A DNA stretch of 64,000 nt from the NCBI GenBank assembly GCA_045650505.1, contig JAZRRE010000003.1, positions 11,759 to 75,758 of the forward strand. Direction: 5' to 3'. The notes under the pieces were generated by a model. It did not search any database. It had not been told where the DNA came from and saw only the letters and a list, made by a program, of their open reading frames with translations. Positions 43,563-53,393 of this stretch are shown here, one piece after another (within the stretch, counting starts at the first letter, position 1; each line of letters opens with the position of its first letter). The DNA comes from Clostridia bacterium (lineage in GTDB: Bacteria; Bacillota; Clostridia; Christensenellales; UBA1242). Position numbers and translations under genes: made by a program.

Positions 43563-44468
43563 ATGAGTGAATTTAGACTTAAAAACAACGAAATGATGTT
43601 TTTTTTAGACTTCAACAACACTCTTGTTGATTACACTAATGAGTATGATATTCCAAGGCGTTATTTTGACAATATGGATTATGTGAACCCTTATCACACA
43701 AGAACAATGATTGCAAAAGCACTTATTGATTTTGAAAGACAAACGGGAATCACTCCGGTTGTTTGCATTGTTACAAATGCAAGGGTTAGTGTGATTGACA
43801 ATAATGGTTTTGAAGGGATTTGCAACGATTTATATCGAACATTTTTCTATGAAGAAGAAAGAACAAGCATTCACCCTAAAGCAGATGGCAGAAGGTTTTT
43901 TAAATATTTAATGCATTTTGAAAATGATGCTTTTATAAGACTTCATCCATCAGCCTCAACTTATGATGATATTTTTGAAGTGATTCCATTTCACCAAAAA
44001 GCACTTGATATTAGATATACCGAGCAATTTAAGAAAAAGGAAAGTGTTGATAGGCTAATGACTGTGGTTGACCCTAAAAAAAATACTTCAAAGTTTATTT
44101 TGTTTGCAGGTGATTCAATTAAAGATGATTATCCAATGAAGGAAATTTGGACACCAGAAGGGGTTTCAAAAATCTTCATAAGACCTTCAAGGTCGCAAAA
44201 GTTATCTTATTCGTTGATGCGTGAATTTTGTGAAGCAAAGGGTGACACATTTTCAAGCATAAACCCTAAAAACGGCAAAAAGGTTATTTGCACAGACCTG
44301 ACTTCATTTGCACTTTTGTCACCAGAAGACCAGGCAAAGATTTTAAACTATGATAGTGGTGATTATGTTTATTTAACCACAAAAAACACAAAAGGTTTGA
44401 CCGAAGGTATAAAAATGGCGGCAGATTTAATTGCAGACGGAAATGCACAAGAAAAACAAATGTTTTAG
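43563..44468 (+). CDS. Hypothetical protein, possibly HAD-superfamily-like
   Basis: N-terminal FFLDFNNTLVD resembles HAD motif I with Asp-to-Asn at the second position. A later GDSIKDD resembles motif IV. Weak evidence. Confidence 0.45.
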   Translation: MSEFRLKNNEMMFFLDFNNTLVDYTNEYDIPRRYFDNMDYVNPYHTRTMIAKALIDFERQTGITPVVCIVTNARVSVIDNNGFEGICNDLYRTFFYEEERTSIHPKADGRRFFKYLMHFENDAFIRLHPSASTYDDIFEVIPFHQKALDIRYTEQFKKKESVDRLMTVVDPKKNTSKFILFAGDSIKDDYPMKEIWTPEGVSKIFIRPSRSQKLSYSLMREFCEAKGDTFSSINPKNGKKVICTDLTSFALLSPEDQAKILNYDSGDYVYLTTKNTKGLTEGIKMAADLIADGNAQEKQMF

Positions 44469-44531
44469 CGTGCCTTATAATTTTTGACTTGTGTAAATAT
44501 TTTTGTTATTATGGTAATATAAGGAGCAAAT

Positions 44532-45248
44532 ATGGAAAAAAACGAATTAGCTAAAAGATTTATATCTGCTTACAACAGATTAGACCAAGGGCTTCGAGAT
44601 ATTTACTCAATTAAAAGAACCCTTAATTTTGCCGATATGATTAGAAAAGTTGCAACAGTTAACACTGTTGTTAAAAAGTTTGAAGAAGACCTTATTGACT
44701 ATGGCAGACTTCGTAATGCAATTGTGCATAGAAGTAGTGATGAGATTATTGCTGAGCCAAATGTTGATGTGGTTGAAAAATTAGAAAAAATCGCAAGAAT
44801 AATCAACACTCCACCAAGAGTTATTGAATGTTTGCGCCCTAGAGAGGTTTTCTCTGTTAGTGGTGATGAAACACTTCACAATGTTGTTGGTGAAATGTGG
44901 AAAAAGGGTTATTCAGTTGTTCCTGTTTATATTTCAGGAACACTTGTTGGTGTAATTAACAGAAAAATGATTGTTGATGGCATCGGCAGATTTATTGCAA
45001 ACGGAAAAGATATTGATGATGCAATGATGGAACCGGTTTCAAAATGTTTAGACATTTTCAATGAAACCAGCCACTATGAAGTTGCACCAACAAGTCTTAC
45101 TGTTGAAAATTTGATGTATATGTTCCAGCAAAACAGAAAGCTTTCAAGTGTTATTCTCACTGAAAATGGCAACTACACAGAGCCTGCGAAAGTTATTATT
45201 GTTAGTGCTGATATTATTGATTTGAACTTAATTTTAGACAACTATTAG
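44532..45248 (+). CDS. CBS-pair protein with an N-terminal HEPN-like (Rx4H) domain
   Basis: YGRLRNAIVH (R-x4-H) ends an all-helical N-terminal domain. A C-terminal CBS tandem follows (VFSVSGDETLHNVVGEMWKKGYSVVPVY...). Confidence 0.6.
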   Translation: MEKNELAKRFISAYNRLDQGLRDIYSIKRTLNFADMIRKVATVNTVVKKFEEDLIDYGRLRNAIVHRSSDEIIAEPNVDVVEKLEKIARIINTPPRVIECLRPREVFSVSGDETLHNVVGEMWKKGYSVVPVYISGTLVGVINRKMIVDGIGRFIANGKDIDDAMMEPVSKCLDIFNETSHYEVAPTSLTVENLMYMFQQNRKLSSVILTENGNYTEPAKVIIVSADIIDLNLILDNY

Positions 45249-45256
45249 AGAGTATT

Positions 45257-46123
45257 ATGAAAATTGCAAGTGAATGGAAAGATTATAAAGTTATAGCAAC
45301 CGGTGACGGAGAAAAGCTTGAGAATTGGAATGGCGTTGTTTTGCTTCGCCCAGACCCTCAAGTTATTTGGCATGCAAAAAAAGAACTTAATAAAGATAAA
45401 AGCATTAACGCTTGGTATCACAGAAGTGAAACAGGTGGTGGTGCTTGGGAATATAAGAAGAAAACTCCTGAAGAGTGGACAGTTTCTTATAAAAACCTTA
45501 AATTTGCACTCAAAACAATGGGTTTTAAACACACAGGATTGTTTCCAGAACAAGCCTATAATTGGGACAGAATGACAGATTTAATCAAAAATGCTGGCAG
45601 ACCAATTTCGGTTTTAAATTTGTTTGGTTACACCGGTGGTGCAACTGTTGCGTGTGCCGCAGCAGGGGCTTCTGTTTGCCATGTTGATGCAGCAAAAAAT
45701 ATGGTTGACCGTTGCAAAGAAAATATTAGAATTTCGGGGCTTGAAGATAAGCCGGTTAGATATATTGTTGATGACTGCACAAAATTTGTGAATCGTGAGA
45801 TAAGAAGAGGTCACAAATATGACGCAATCATTATGGACCCACCAAGTTATGGCAGGGGTTCAAATGGTGAAGTTTGGAAACTTGAAGAAAATCTTTATGA
45901 TTTTGTTGCACTTTGCAAACAGGTGCTTTCAGAAAAGCCACTTTTTGTGCTTATAAACAGTTACACAACAGGGCTTGGCGCAACTGTTTTAGAGAATATT
46001 TTAAACTTAACACTTGCCGATTTCAAAGGAAAAGCTGAAGCTTATGAACTTTGTCTTCCAACAGAAGAAAAGGGAGTGCTTCTTCCTTGTGGAACAAGTG
46101 GAATATTTATTGGAGAAGAATAA
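45257..46123 (+). CDS. Class I SAM-dependent methyltransferase, RlmI/RlmK-like short form
   Basis: LNLFGYTGGATVACAAAGA (motif I) and IIMDPPSYGRG (motif IV), similar to the RlmI catalytic domain. Confidence 0.7.
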   Translation: MKIASEWKDYKVIATGDGEKLENWNGVVLLRPDPQVIWHAKKELNKDKSINAWYHRSETGGGAWEYKKKTPEEWTVSYKNLKFALKTMGFKHTGLFPEQAYNWDRMTDLIKNAGRPISVLNLFGYTGGATVACAAAGASVCHVDAAKNMVDRCKENIRISGLEDKPVRYIVDDCTKFVNREIRRGHKYDAIIMDPPSYGRGSNGEVWKLEENLYDFVALCKQVLSEKPLFVLINSYTTGLGATVLENILNLTLADFKGKAEAYELCLPTEEKGVLLPCGTSGIFIGEE

Positions 46124-46833
46124 TGGAAGTTTTATATGAAGATAACCACATTGTTGTTGTAAGCAAACCTCAAGGTGTGCCTAGTCAAGCAGATGAGAGT
46201 GGTGATAAAGATATGCTCACAATGGTTAAAGAGTATGTAAAAGAAAAATATAATAAGCCGGGTGAAGCTTTTATTGGGTTAGTTCACAGACTTGACAGAC
46301 CAACAGGTGGTGTTATGGTTTTTGCAAGAACCAGCAAATCAGCTTCAAGACTTGCCGAGCAGATGAAAGAAGGTGATTTTGATAAGAGTTACCTTGCTGT
46401 TGTTTGTGGAAGACCTAGAGAAGCGAAAGGTAAACTTGTGAACTATTTAAAGAAAGACCCAAAAACAAATATGGCAAAGATTGTTCCTCAAACAGAAGAA
46501 GGTGCAAAAAGGGCCGAACTTGATTATGAAGTTTTAGAACATAATGGTGAAACAAATAGAAGTCTTGTTAAAGTTAAACTTTATTCAGGAAGGGGTCATC
46601 AAATTCGTGTTCAAATGAAAGGCATAAAGTGTCCAATCTATGGTGACCAAAAATATGGTGGCGAGGGAATGGATAAAGTTATGCTCAATTTGTTTGCAAG
46701 TGAACTTTCATTTAATCATCCAACCACAAAACAAAAACTTATTTTTAGAGTGTATCCACCTGAAACAGAAAGTGCTTGGAATGAGTTTAGACTTGATAAA
46801 TATTTATCACTCAAAACAAATTATGATGACTAA
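46123..46833 (+). CDS. RluA-family pseudouridine synthase
   Basis: VVVSKPQGVPSQ...GLVHRLDRPTGGVMVFA contains the catalytic HRLD motif. The start overlaps the upstream stop (TAATG). Confidence 0.88.
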   Translation: MEVLYEDNHIVVVSKPQGVPSQADESGDKDMLTMVKEYVKEKYNKPGEAFIGLVHRLDRPTGGVMVFARTSKSASRLAEQMKEGDFDKSYLAVVCGRPREAKGKLVNYLKKDPKTNMAKIVPQTEEGAKRAELDYEVLEHNGETNRSLVKVKLYSGRGHQIRVQMKGIKCPIYGDQKYGGEGMDKVMLNLFASELSFNHPTTKQKLIFRVYPPETESAWNEFRLDKYLSLKTNYDD

Positions 46834-46930
46834 AAATATGGAGAAGAAAACCTCCATATTTTTATTTAAAAAGTGATGTAAAATTAGAAAAATTAGGGTG
46901 TTATGTTTCACATAACACTTGGAGAATGCT

Positions 46931-47869
46931 ATGCAGTTGCCGTTATCTTTACAAGAAAAAGTGAACGCTCTTTACAGTGAGTTAAAAAGAGGTGAACTTT
47001 CAAAAGTACAGAAAGATTTAACTTATAAATATAAAAACGAAACGGGCGAAAGCAAGTCATTAATTGATTCAAAGGCAGATAGTTTGCTTTATGCAATTTC
47101 AAGAATGCCAGCAACTTATGCAGTGATTTATACACTCATAAATCAACTTATTGAACAAGGTTTTATTTCTAATATTGAATCTGTTTTTGATGTTGGGTCG
47201 GGAACAGGTGCTGGTTATTTTGCAGTTAAAGAGTTTGGTGAAGATATAAAAATAACTCTTGCTGAACGTGATGAAAATATGATTAAAGTTTTTGAGCATT
47301 TAAAAAATGATAGTGTTTCTGTTCAAAAACTTGATATTGTTCGTGACAGACTTGAAACAAAAGCTGATTTGGTGATGACAAGTTATGTGCTTTCAGAAAT
47401 GAAAGAGCAAGATAGATTAAATTCAGTTCTAAAACTTTTAGAATCTGCAAATAAATATCTTTTAATCATCGACACAGGCACACCAAGAACTTATGAAAAT
47501 ATGATGACAGTTAAGCGTTTTGTGATTGAAAAAGGGTATAAAGTTATTGCTCCGTGTCAAAGTGATAAGTGTGGGCTAAAAAACGATTATTGTCAGTTTT
47601 ATGCAAGAGTTGAAAGGTCTGCACTTATGAGACAAGCAAAACAGGGTGAACTCTCTTATGAAGATGAAAAGTATTTTTATCTTTTAATTTCTAAAGAAAA
47701 TGTAGAAACTTGCAGTAAAAGAGTTATTCGAAGACCGATAATCAAACCAAATAATATTGAACTTATACATTGTTCAAAAGATGGTGTGCAAAAAGAAATT
47801 TTCACAAAAAAGAATAAAGAATTGTTTAAACAAGCGAAAAAGTCAAAGATAAACGATTTGATAAAATAG
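46931..47869 (+). CDS. Rsm22-like SAM-dependent methyltransferase
   Basis: VFDVGSGTGAG motif I and a Cys-rich C-terminal module (APCQSDKCGLKNDYCQFYARVERS) typical of the Rsm22 family. ATG 46931 follows GGAG. Confidence 0.6.
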   Translation: MQLPLSLQEKVNALYSELKRGELSKVQKDLTYKYKNETGESKSLIDSKADSLLYAISRMPATYAVIYTLINQLIEQGFISNIESVFDVGSGTGAGYFAVKEFGEDIKITLAERDENMIKVFEHLKNDSVSVQKLDIVRDRLETKADLVMTSYVLSEMKEQDRLNSVLKLLESANKYLLIIDTGTPRTYENMMTVKRFVIEKGYKVIAPCQSDKCGLKNDYCQFYARVERSALMRQAKQGELSYEDEKYFYLLISKENVETCSKRVIRRPIIKPNNIELIHCSKDGVQKEIFTKKNKELFKQAKKSKINDLIK

Positions 47870-47879
47870 GAAAGATAAT

Positions 47880-48677
47880 ATGGAATTTAAAATTGAAGAA
47901 TTAAATAAGAAAAAAGAATATTTTGAAATTAATGAAAAAACTGCAAAAGATTTAAAAAATGAATTGAAAACTGCAAAATTTAGTGATATTTCAGTTAATT
48001 TTGAATACTTAAATTTGGGCAATAAACTTTATGGTGATAGCAAAAAGGCAAGCATTAAAATTCAACAAGAAAACTGCAAACAAATGATGTTGGTTTATAA
48101 GGCTTGCAAAAAGTTTGTTAAACTCGCAAAAAAGTTAAAAATTGAATGGAATGGCGTGTTTTATGTTGATGGTTTGAAAGATAAAAAGAATAACAATGAT
48201 TTAATGCTTCTTGCCTTGCTTGACACTCATTTTAACTATAACATTTTTAAAAGACTTGGAAGTGCTGTGCATTATTCGTGTGATTATCTTGATAAAGAAA
48301 ATGAAATCAACAATATGTGTGATTTTAAAGATAACAAATGTGTTAAACACAGAGAACTCAACATTGACAAAAAAACCGGTTGCTGTCCATCATTTTGCAA
48401 ATATGTTGACTGCAAGGTTTGTAATGTTAAAAACTTGTCTTGCAAAATCTTTATGTGTAACTTTTTAGAGGATAGGGGTTATTATTTCACACCACACACA
48501 ATTCCTGTTTTAAAGAAACATTTAAACATTGTTGAAAGATTTATGTGTTTTGGGTTATTATTCAAAACAACAAAGAGAACTATTAGCAGATTATGGTTTA
48601 TAAGAGTGCTTTTAGCGCTTGCAGGGGTTGTTGTTTCGGCAGCACTTGTTATGGCAATTTTAGCAATCATATTATAA
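47880..48677 (+). CDS. Cysteine-rich tail-anchored membrane protein, unknown function
   Basis: A central cluster of ~13 Cys (CDYLD...CDFKDNKCVKH...GCCPSFCKYVDCKVCNVKNLSCKIFMCNF) and a C-terminal TM (VLLALAGVVVSAALVMAILAIIL). Confidence 0.65.
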   Translation: MEFKIEELNKKKEYFEINEKTAKDLKNELKTAKFSDISVNFEYLNLGNKLYGDSKKASIKIQQENCKQMMLVYKACKKFVKLAKKLKIEWNGVFYVDGLKDKKNNNDLMLLALLDTHFNYNIFKRLGSAVHYSCDYLDKENEINNMCDFKDNKCVKHRELNIDKKTGCCPSFCKYVDCKVCNVKNLSCKIFMCNFLEDRGYYFTPHTIPVLKKHLNIVERFMCFGLLFKTTKRTISRLWFIRVLLALAGVVVSAALVMAILAIIL

Positions 48678-48854
48678 AGAAAACCACATTTTGTGGTTTT
48701 TTATTTTGCGAAAATGTAAAAATGCTACAACTCGTGAATTTGCCCAGTTTTTTATTGCCAAAAAGGGTTTGTGTTTGTTAAAATAAATATGATGAGAATT
48801 GTTAGCTTTTAAGTTTTTTATTGGCTAGTTTTGCAAACAATAAGAGGTGAGTAT

Positions 48855-49529
48855 ATGAAATTTTTTAATAATGGCTGGGACGAAGTTTTAGAAGATGAAT
48901 TTGAAAAGCCATACTTTAAAAATCTTTTAGATAAGGTTGATGAAGAATATGAAAATTATAAGGTGTATCCACCTCGTGGAAAGATTTTTTCAGCGCTCAC
49001 TCATTGTGACATTAAAGATGTTAAGGTTGTGATTTTAGGTCAAGACCCATACCACGAAGAAGGTCAGGCTCACGGAATGTGTTTTTCAGTTATGCCAGGT
49101 GTGGTTGTGCCTCCATCACTTAAAAACATTTATAAAGAAATTGAGGCGGAGTATGGCTTCAAACCACCAAATCACGGATATTTAGTTTCGTGGTCAAATC
49201 AAGGTGTGTTGCTTTTAAACACAACACTCACTGTTCGTGAACATGAAGCAAATTCACACTCGACTTATGGTTGGCAAAAATTTACTGATAGAATCATTCA
49301 AGAAGTTAATAAGCAAGAACAACCGGTTGTATTTTTGCTTTGGGGCAGAAATGCAATCAGCAAACAAAAGTTTATTGATGAAAACAAGCATTTGGTTTTA
49401 ACTTCTGCACACCCAAGCCCACTTTCAGCTTATCAAGGCTTTTTGGGAAATGGACATTTCAAAAAGACAAACGAATTTTTGAAAATGCAGGGCAGAAAAG
49501 AAATAAATTGGCAAATTGAGGATATTTAG
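48855..49529 (+). CDS. ung: Uracil-DNA glycosylase (family 1)
   Basis: VVILGQDPYH...GVLLLN...HPSPLSA motifs. RBS AGAGGTGAG lies before ATG 48855. Confidence 0.93.
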   Translation: MKFFNNGWDEVLEDEFEKPYFKNLLDKVDEEYENYKVYPPRGKIFSALTHCDIKDVKVVILGQDPYHEEGQAHGMCFSVMPGVVVPPSLKNIYKEIEAEYGFKPPNHGYLVSWSNQGVLLLNTTLTVREHEANSHSTYGWQKFTDRIIQEVNKQEQPVVFLLWGRNAISKQKFIDENKHLVLTSAHPSPLSAYQGFLGNGHFKKTNEFLKMQGRKEINWQIEDI

Positions 49530-49536
49530 AAAATTT

Positions 49537-50967
49537 ATGAAAAAGCAATTAAGTTTTATTTTGGTGCTCATCGTTAGCATAACAAGTGTTATGCTTGCTT
49601 TTTCGTGGCTTTTTCAGCCAAAGGTTAAGGCAAGTGCAGAAAGTGTTGTGTTTGATGAAGATAATCTTATAAATAGGGTTGATATTATTGACCCAAATAA
49701 TATGAATGCATCATTTTTTAGTGATATGGTTGAAAATCAAAATCCTTTTGATTTAACCACAAAAGAAATGATGACGGGTTATTCGGTAGTTCCCAAAACA
49801 ATTAATTCTTTAAAAGATATTAATTCGGCGTATGTTATTGATGAATTTTCAATTGTGCCAGATGAATCTGTGTTTATGTGGATATTTATTCCAAGTGACT
49901 ATTATCTTGATTTAACCATTTCATTTGAAGATTCATCTTCAAATGAAATATCGTGGACTTTTTCAAGAGCAGAACTTACAGTTATGTTAGAAAATTCAAA
50001 GTTAGACAAATATGCTTATGGTTGGAGACTTTTTGAATTTTGTGTTAGTGATGCAGATATGGAAGAGTCTGTGAGAGATAATATTGCATTTCATAAGTTT
50101 AAAACATTGAAAATTTCTTATATAAACAACACCGGAACTTATATGGAATCAAATAAAAACAAACTTTCTTTTTACAGTCTTTTTATGGCAAAAAGTTTTT
50201 CCAACTATTCGGGTATTGTAGATTCTCAAACTTATGTGCAATATAAACTCAACTCAAATTTTGTTGGTGAAAGAGCTTATTATGTTGATGATGAAGTTTT
50301 GTTTACTAATGTAAAAAGCATTTTTGATGTTTTGATTATTGGTCAAGTGAATTTGAGAGATTATTCAAACAGCAACTATTCATTTGAAATTTCTGTGCAA
50401 GACCCAAATGGAGATGTTGTGAATAAATATTTTGGAGAAAAATTTATTTTTGATTCGATTGGTTATCACAGAGTTTCAGTGATGATAAAAGAATATCGCA
50501 CAGACAGCAGTGAGGTTGTTTTGTATGAGCAGTTAGATTTCTATGTTGATTATTTTGCAATGGGTGCATTCACTAACGTAAATTATATTTTTGAAGAAGG
50601 TGAAAAAACTGCTATTACTTTCAAATTTTCACCATCATTTTTGACAACCGAAGATGATATTGAAGTTAAATCAAGTGATAAAACAATTGCAGAAGTGACA
50701 CACTATATAAAAGATGGTGTGTGTTATGTTTACGTTACAGGTTTAAAAGAGGGTGAGTTTGACCTTGTTGTTAAGGCAAAAGGCGAAAGACTTGGCACTA
50801 ATGATGTGAAAGAATATAGCGTTACAACTGCGGCAAAAATTGTTGATAGTGATAAAAAAAGTAGTTCAGAAATTTTTTTGTTGGTAATTTTGGCAGTTTA
50901 TGGGGGTGGATTTACCATATTTGTCGTTATTTCACTTGTAAAAGCAAGGCGTGTTAGTGTAAAATAA
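49537..50967 (+). CDS. Secreted/membrane-anchored protein with an Ig-like (Big_2-type) domain, unknown function
   Basis: N-terminal signal/anchor (LSFILVLIVSITSVMLAF), a C-terminal TM, and a DIEVKSSDKTIAEVTHYIKDGVCYVYVTGLKEGEFDLVVKA segment. The start codon is uncertain (49516 TTG or 49537 ATG). Confidence 0.65.
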   Translation: MKKQLSFILVLIVSITSVMLAFSWLFQPKVKASAESVVFDEDNLINRVDIIDPNNMNASFFSDMVENQNPFDLTTKEMMTGYSVVPKTINSLKDINSAYVIDEFSIVPDESVFMWIFIPSDYYLDLTISFEDSSSNEISWTFSRAELTVMLENSKLDKYAYGWRLFEFCVSDADMEESVRDNIAFHKFKTLKISYINNTGTYMESNKNKLSFYSLFMAKSFSNYSGIVDSQTYVQYKLNSNFVGERAYYVDDEVLFTNVKSIFDVLIIGQVNLRDYSNSNYSFEISVQDPNGDVVNKYFGEKFIFDSIGYHRVSVMIKEYRTDSSEVVLYEQLDFYVDYFAMGAFTNVNYIFEEGEKTAITFKFSPSFLTTEDDIEVKSSDKTIAEVTHYIKDGVCYVYVTGLKEGEFDLVVKAKGERLGTNDVKEYSVTTAAKIVDSDKKSSSEIFLLVILAVYGGGFTIFVVISLVKARRVSVK

Positions 50968-51006
50968 AATTGAATAAATCATAAAGAAATCATAAAGGAG
51001 GCGTCA

Positions 51007-52278
51007 ATGAGCTACTACGAAGGCGGCTATGGCGACAACTATTCTGGTGAAAAGATTCCTTATGATGAAATTCCAATCTCAAGAAAAGCTCAAAAGAAAA
51101 AGCATCAAAGAGTTTCGGTTTCAAATTTCAACATATTGGTTTCGATAGTTGCTGTTATGTTCATCATAAACATTGGTTTATGCATAGCGTTAGTTTATCA
51201 TATGAAGCATGCAGTGGTGAAAAATGTTATTGTTAATCATAACAATATAACGGCTGTGGGAAATGCATCTAACTTTGCTGTTGAAACAGCAGAGTCTAGT
51301 TCTGTGTGTGTTGCCGCTGGCGGAACCTGTTATGATAAAAATTCATTCTATAAAAACACTTCGAGCAGAGGTTCGGGTGTTATCTATAAAATTGATGAAA
51401 CAAAAAATGAAATTTATTATATAACTTGTCATCACGTTGTAGATGGTTATGATAAATTTTATGTATTGCTTCCAAGTGAACAAATTGAAAGGGCTACACT
51501 TATTGGTTATTCAGCTTATTATGATATCGCAGTTTTAAAAACCGATGCTGATAATGCTGAAATCAGCACAGCAATTCAAATTTTTGATAGTACATTTTTA
51601 ACTACAGGAGAAGAAGTTTATGCTGTGGGAAATCCACTTTCTGGTGGTCCAAGCGTTACAAAAGGTATTGTTTCTAGAATCAATACTTTAATAAATGTTG
51701 AGGGAAATAACTTTCAATCTCGTGAAATTCAAATTGATGCTGCAATCAACCCAGGAAACTCTGGTGGTGGAGCGTTTAACAATGAAGGAAAGTTTATTGG
51801 GCTTGTTAATGCAAAACTAAACAATGCACAATCAGGAAACACAAGCATTTCTGTTGCAGGAACTGCGTATGCGATTCCAAGCAGACTTGTTATCTCAATT
51901 GCAGATAATATAATTCAAAATAATGGTGCGCCAACTTGTGTAAATTTAGGAATAAAGCTTGAACATAATTCAGATTTTGCTTTTGAAAAATATGAATTTG
52001 AAGATAATAAATATATCAAGGATTACAAAGTTCAAGTTGATTCTGTTTCATCAGGTTCGATTGCTGAAGGAAAATTTTATAATAATGATGAATTGATTTC
52101 AGCTAAATTTACTGATATTTTTGGAAAAACTCAAGAAATAACAATGTTCAATATGTATTCGTTTGAAGATATTAAATTCATAATTAAACCTTATTCAACA
52201 ATCACATTCATTGTTGATAGAGAGTTTAAAGGTGAGGTGATTGTCACTATTGATGCTTCAAGTTTTTCAACTTATTAG
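51007..52278 (+). CDS. Membrane-anchored trypsin-like serine protease (S1C/HtrA-like, no clear PDZ)
   Basis: N-terminal TM and the catalytic triad context TCHHVV...YDIAVLK...NPGNSGGGAFN. Confidence 0.85.
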   Translation: MSYYEGGYGDNYSGEKIPYDEIPISRKAQKKKHQRVSVSNFNILVSIVAVMFIINIGLCIALVYHMKHAVVKNVIVNHNNITAVGNASNFAVETAESSSVCVAAGGTCYDKNSFYKNTSSRGSGVIYKIDETKNEIYYITCHHVVDGYDKFYVLLPSEQIERATLIGYSAYYDIAVLKTDADNAEISTAIQIFDSTFLTTGEEVYAVGNPLSGGPSVTKGIVSRINTLINVEGNNFQSREIQIDAAINPGNSGGGAFNNEGKFIGLVNAKLNNAQSGNTSISVAGTAYAIPSRLVISIADNIIQNNGAPTCVNLGIKLEHNSDFAFEKYEFEDNKYIKDYKVQVDSVSSGSIAEGKFYNNDELISAKFTDIFGKTQEITMFNMYSFEDIKFIIKPYSTITFIVDREFKGEVIVTIDASSFSTY

Positions 52279-52338
52279 ATTTTGTTGCAAAATAAATTTA
52301 AATATGATAATATAAAATTAGTTTTTGGAGGATATACT

Positions 52339-52581
52339 ATGGAAAATAAAGAAATGACAGCAAAAGTTACAGAAATTATTGCTAATCAACTTTCAGTTCC
52401 AGCTGAAAAAGTTAAAGGCGACACAAATATTGCTGAAGAACTTGGTGCGGATTCTCTTGATTTGGTTGAAATTTTAATGTCACTTGAAGATGAATTTGGA
52501 ATTTCAATTCCTGATGAAGCAATTCCACAAATCAAGACTGTTAATGATATCGTTAATTTTATTGAAACAAACAAGAAATAG
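52339..52581 (+). CDS. acpP: Acyl carrier protein
   Basis: LGADSLDLVEILMSLEDEFG contains the phosphopantetheine Ser motif. GGAGGA lies before ATG 52339. Confidence 0.9.
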   Translation: MENKEMTAKVTEIIANQLSVPAEKVKGDTNIAEELGADSLDLVEILMSLEDEFGISIPDEAIPQIKTVNDIVNFIETNKK

Positions 52582-52779
52582 AAAACAAAAAAGTGCGAAA
52601 GCACTTTTTTCTTTTGCTTAAAATTTACCGAAAAATTATAAATTTTTTATTTATGAAAATTTGTGTATATTTTTTTGTTTTAGTAATAAAATATAAAAAT
52701 AAAAAAAATTGCTAAAGTAGTTTACAAATGCAAAATTTTGTTATACTATATGGGCAACACGAAAGCAAGGAGAGCTTAT

Positions 52780-53334
52780 ATGGCAAAAAAATATATTAAA
52801 TGTCCTAGATGTGAACTTAACTATATTTTAGAAGGCGAGGATTATTGCAGTGTTTGCAAAAATGAAATGAAACATCATAACGAGGCTGATTATGATGAAG
52901 ATTTATTAGATTTTGATGATATGGAGTTGTGTCCTGTTTGTGGTCAAAATTATATCAAAGAAGACCAATCTATGTGTGATGAATGCAAAAAGAAACGCAA
53001 TGGAACTGAAAAAGATTTTGAAGATGAAATGTCTTCTCCTGTATCTGATATTGATAGTGAAGATGAAGAAGATGAAGAATACAATTCAGGGTTCAGTGAA
53101 ATTGATGAAAATGGCGAAGAAATTGACCCATTTAAAGAGACTTCACTTTTAGATGATGATTCTTCTTTAGACTTTGCATTAGATGATGAAACTGATATTG
53201 ATGATGAAATTGTTGAAACAATGAAAGATGATTTTGAAATTGTTGATGTTTCAGATGATGATGAAGAAGATGAAGAAGATGAAGATGATTATGACTTTGA
53301 TGATGACGATATGCTAGGAAAGAAAAATAAATAA
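52780..53334 (+). CDS. Double zinc-ribbon protein with an extremely acidic C-terminal tail
   Basis: CPRC...CSVC and CPVC...CDEC, then a ~110-aa D/E-rich region. AAGGAG lies before ATG 52780. Confidence 0.7.
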   Translation: MAKKYIKCPRCELNYILEGEDYCSVCKNEMKHHNEADYDEDLLDFDDMELCPVCGQNYIKEDQSMCDECKKKRNGTEKDFEDEMSSPVSDIDSEDEEDEEYNSGFSEIDENGEEIDPFKETSLLDDDSSLDFALDDETDIDDEIVETMKDDFEIVDVSDDDEEDEEDEDDYDFDDDDMLGKKNK

Positions 53335-53393
53335 AAATAAAAACACCACTTTTTAAGTGGTGTTTTTTTGTGTCAAAAATTGGTGTTTTTAGT

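Noticed and set aside
43180-43566. 128-aa plus-strand ORF from the ORF track
   Set aside because: It lies antisense across the region that carries SRP RNA sequence blocks and its promoter. It has no RBS and an implausible composition, so I treat it as spurious.
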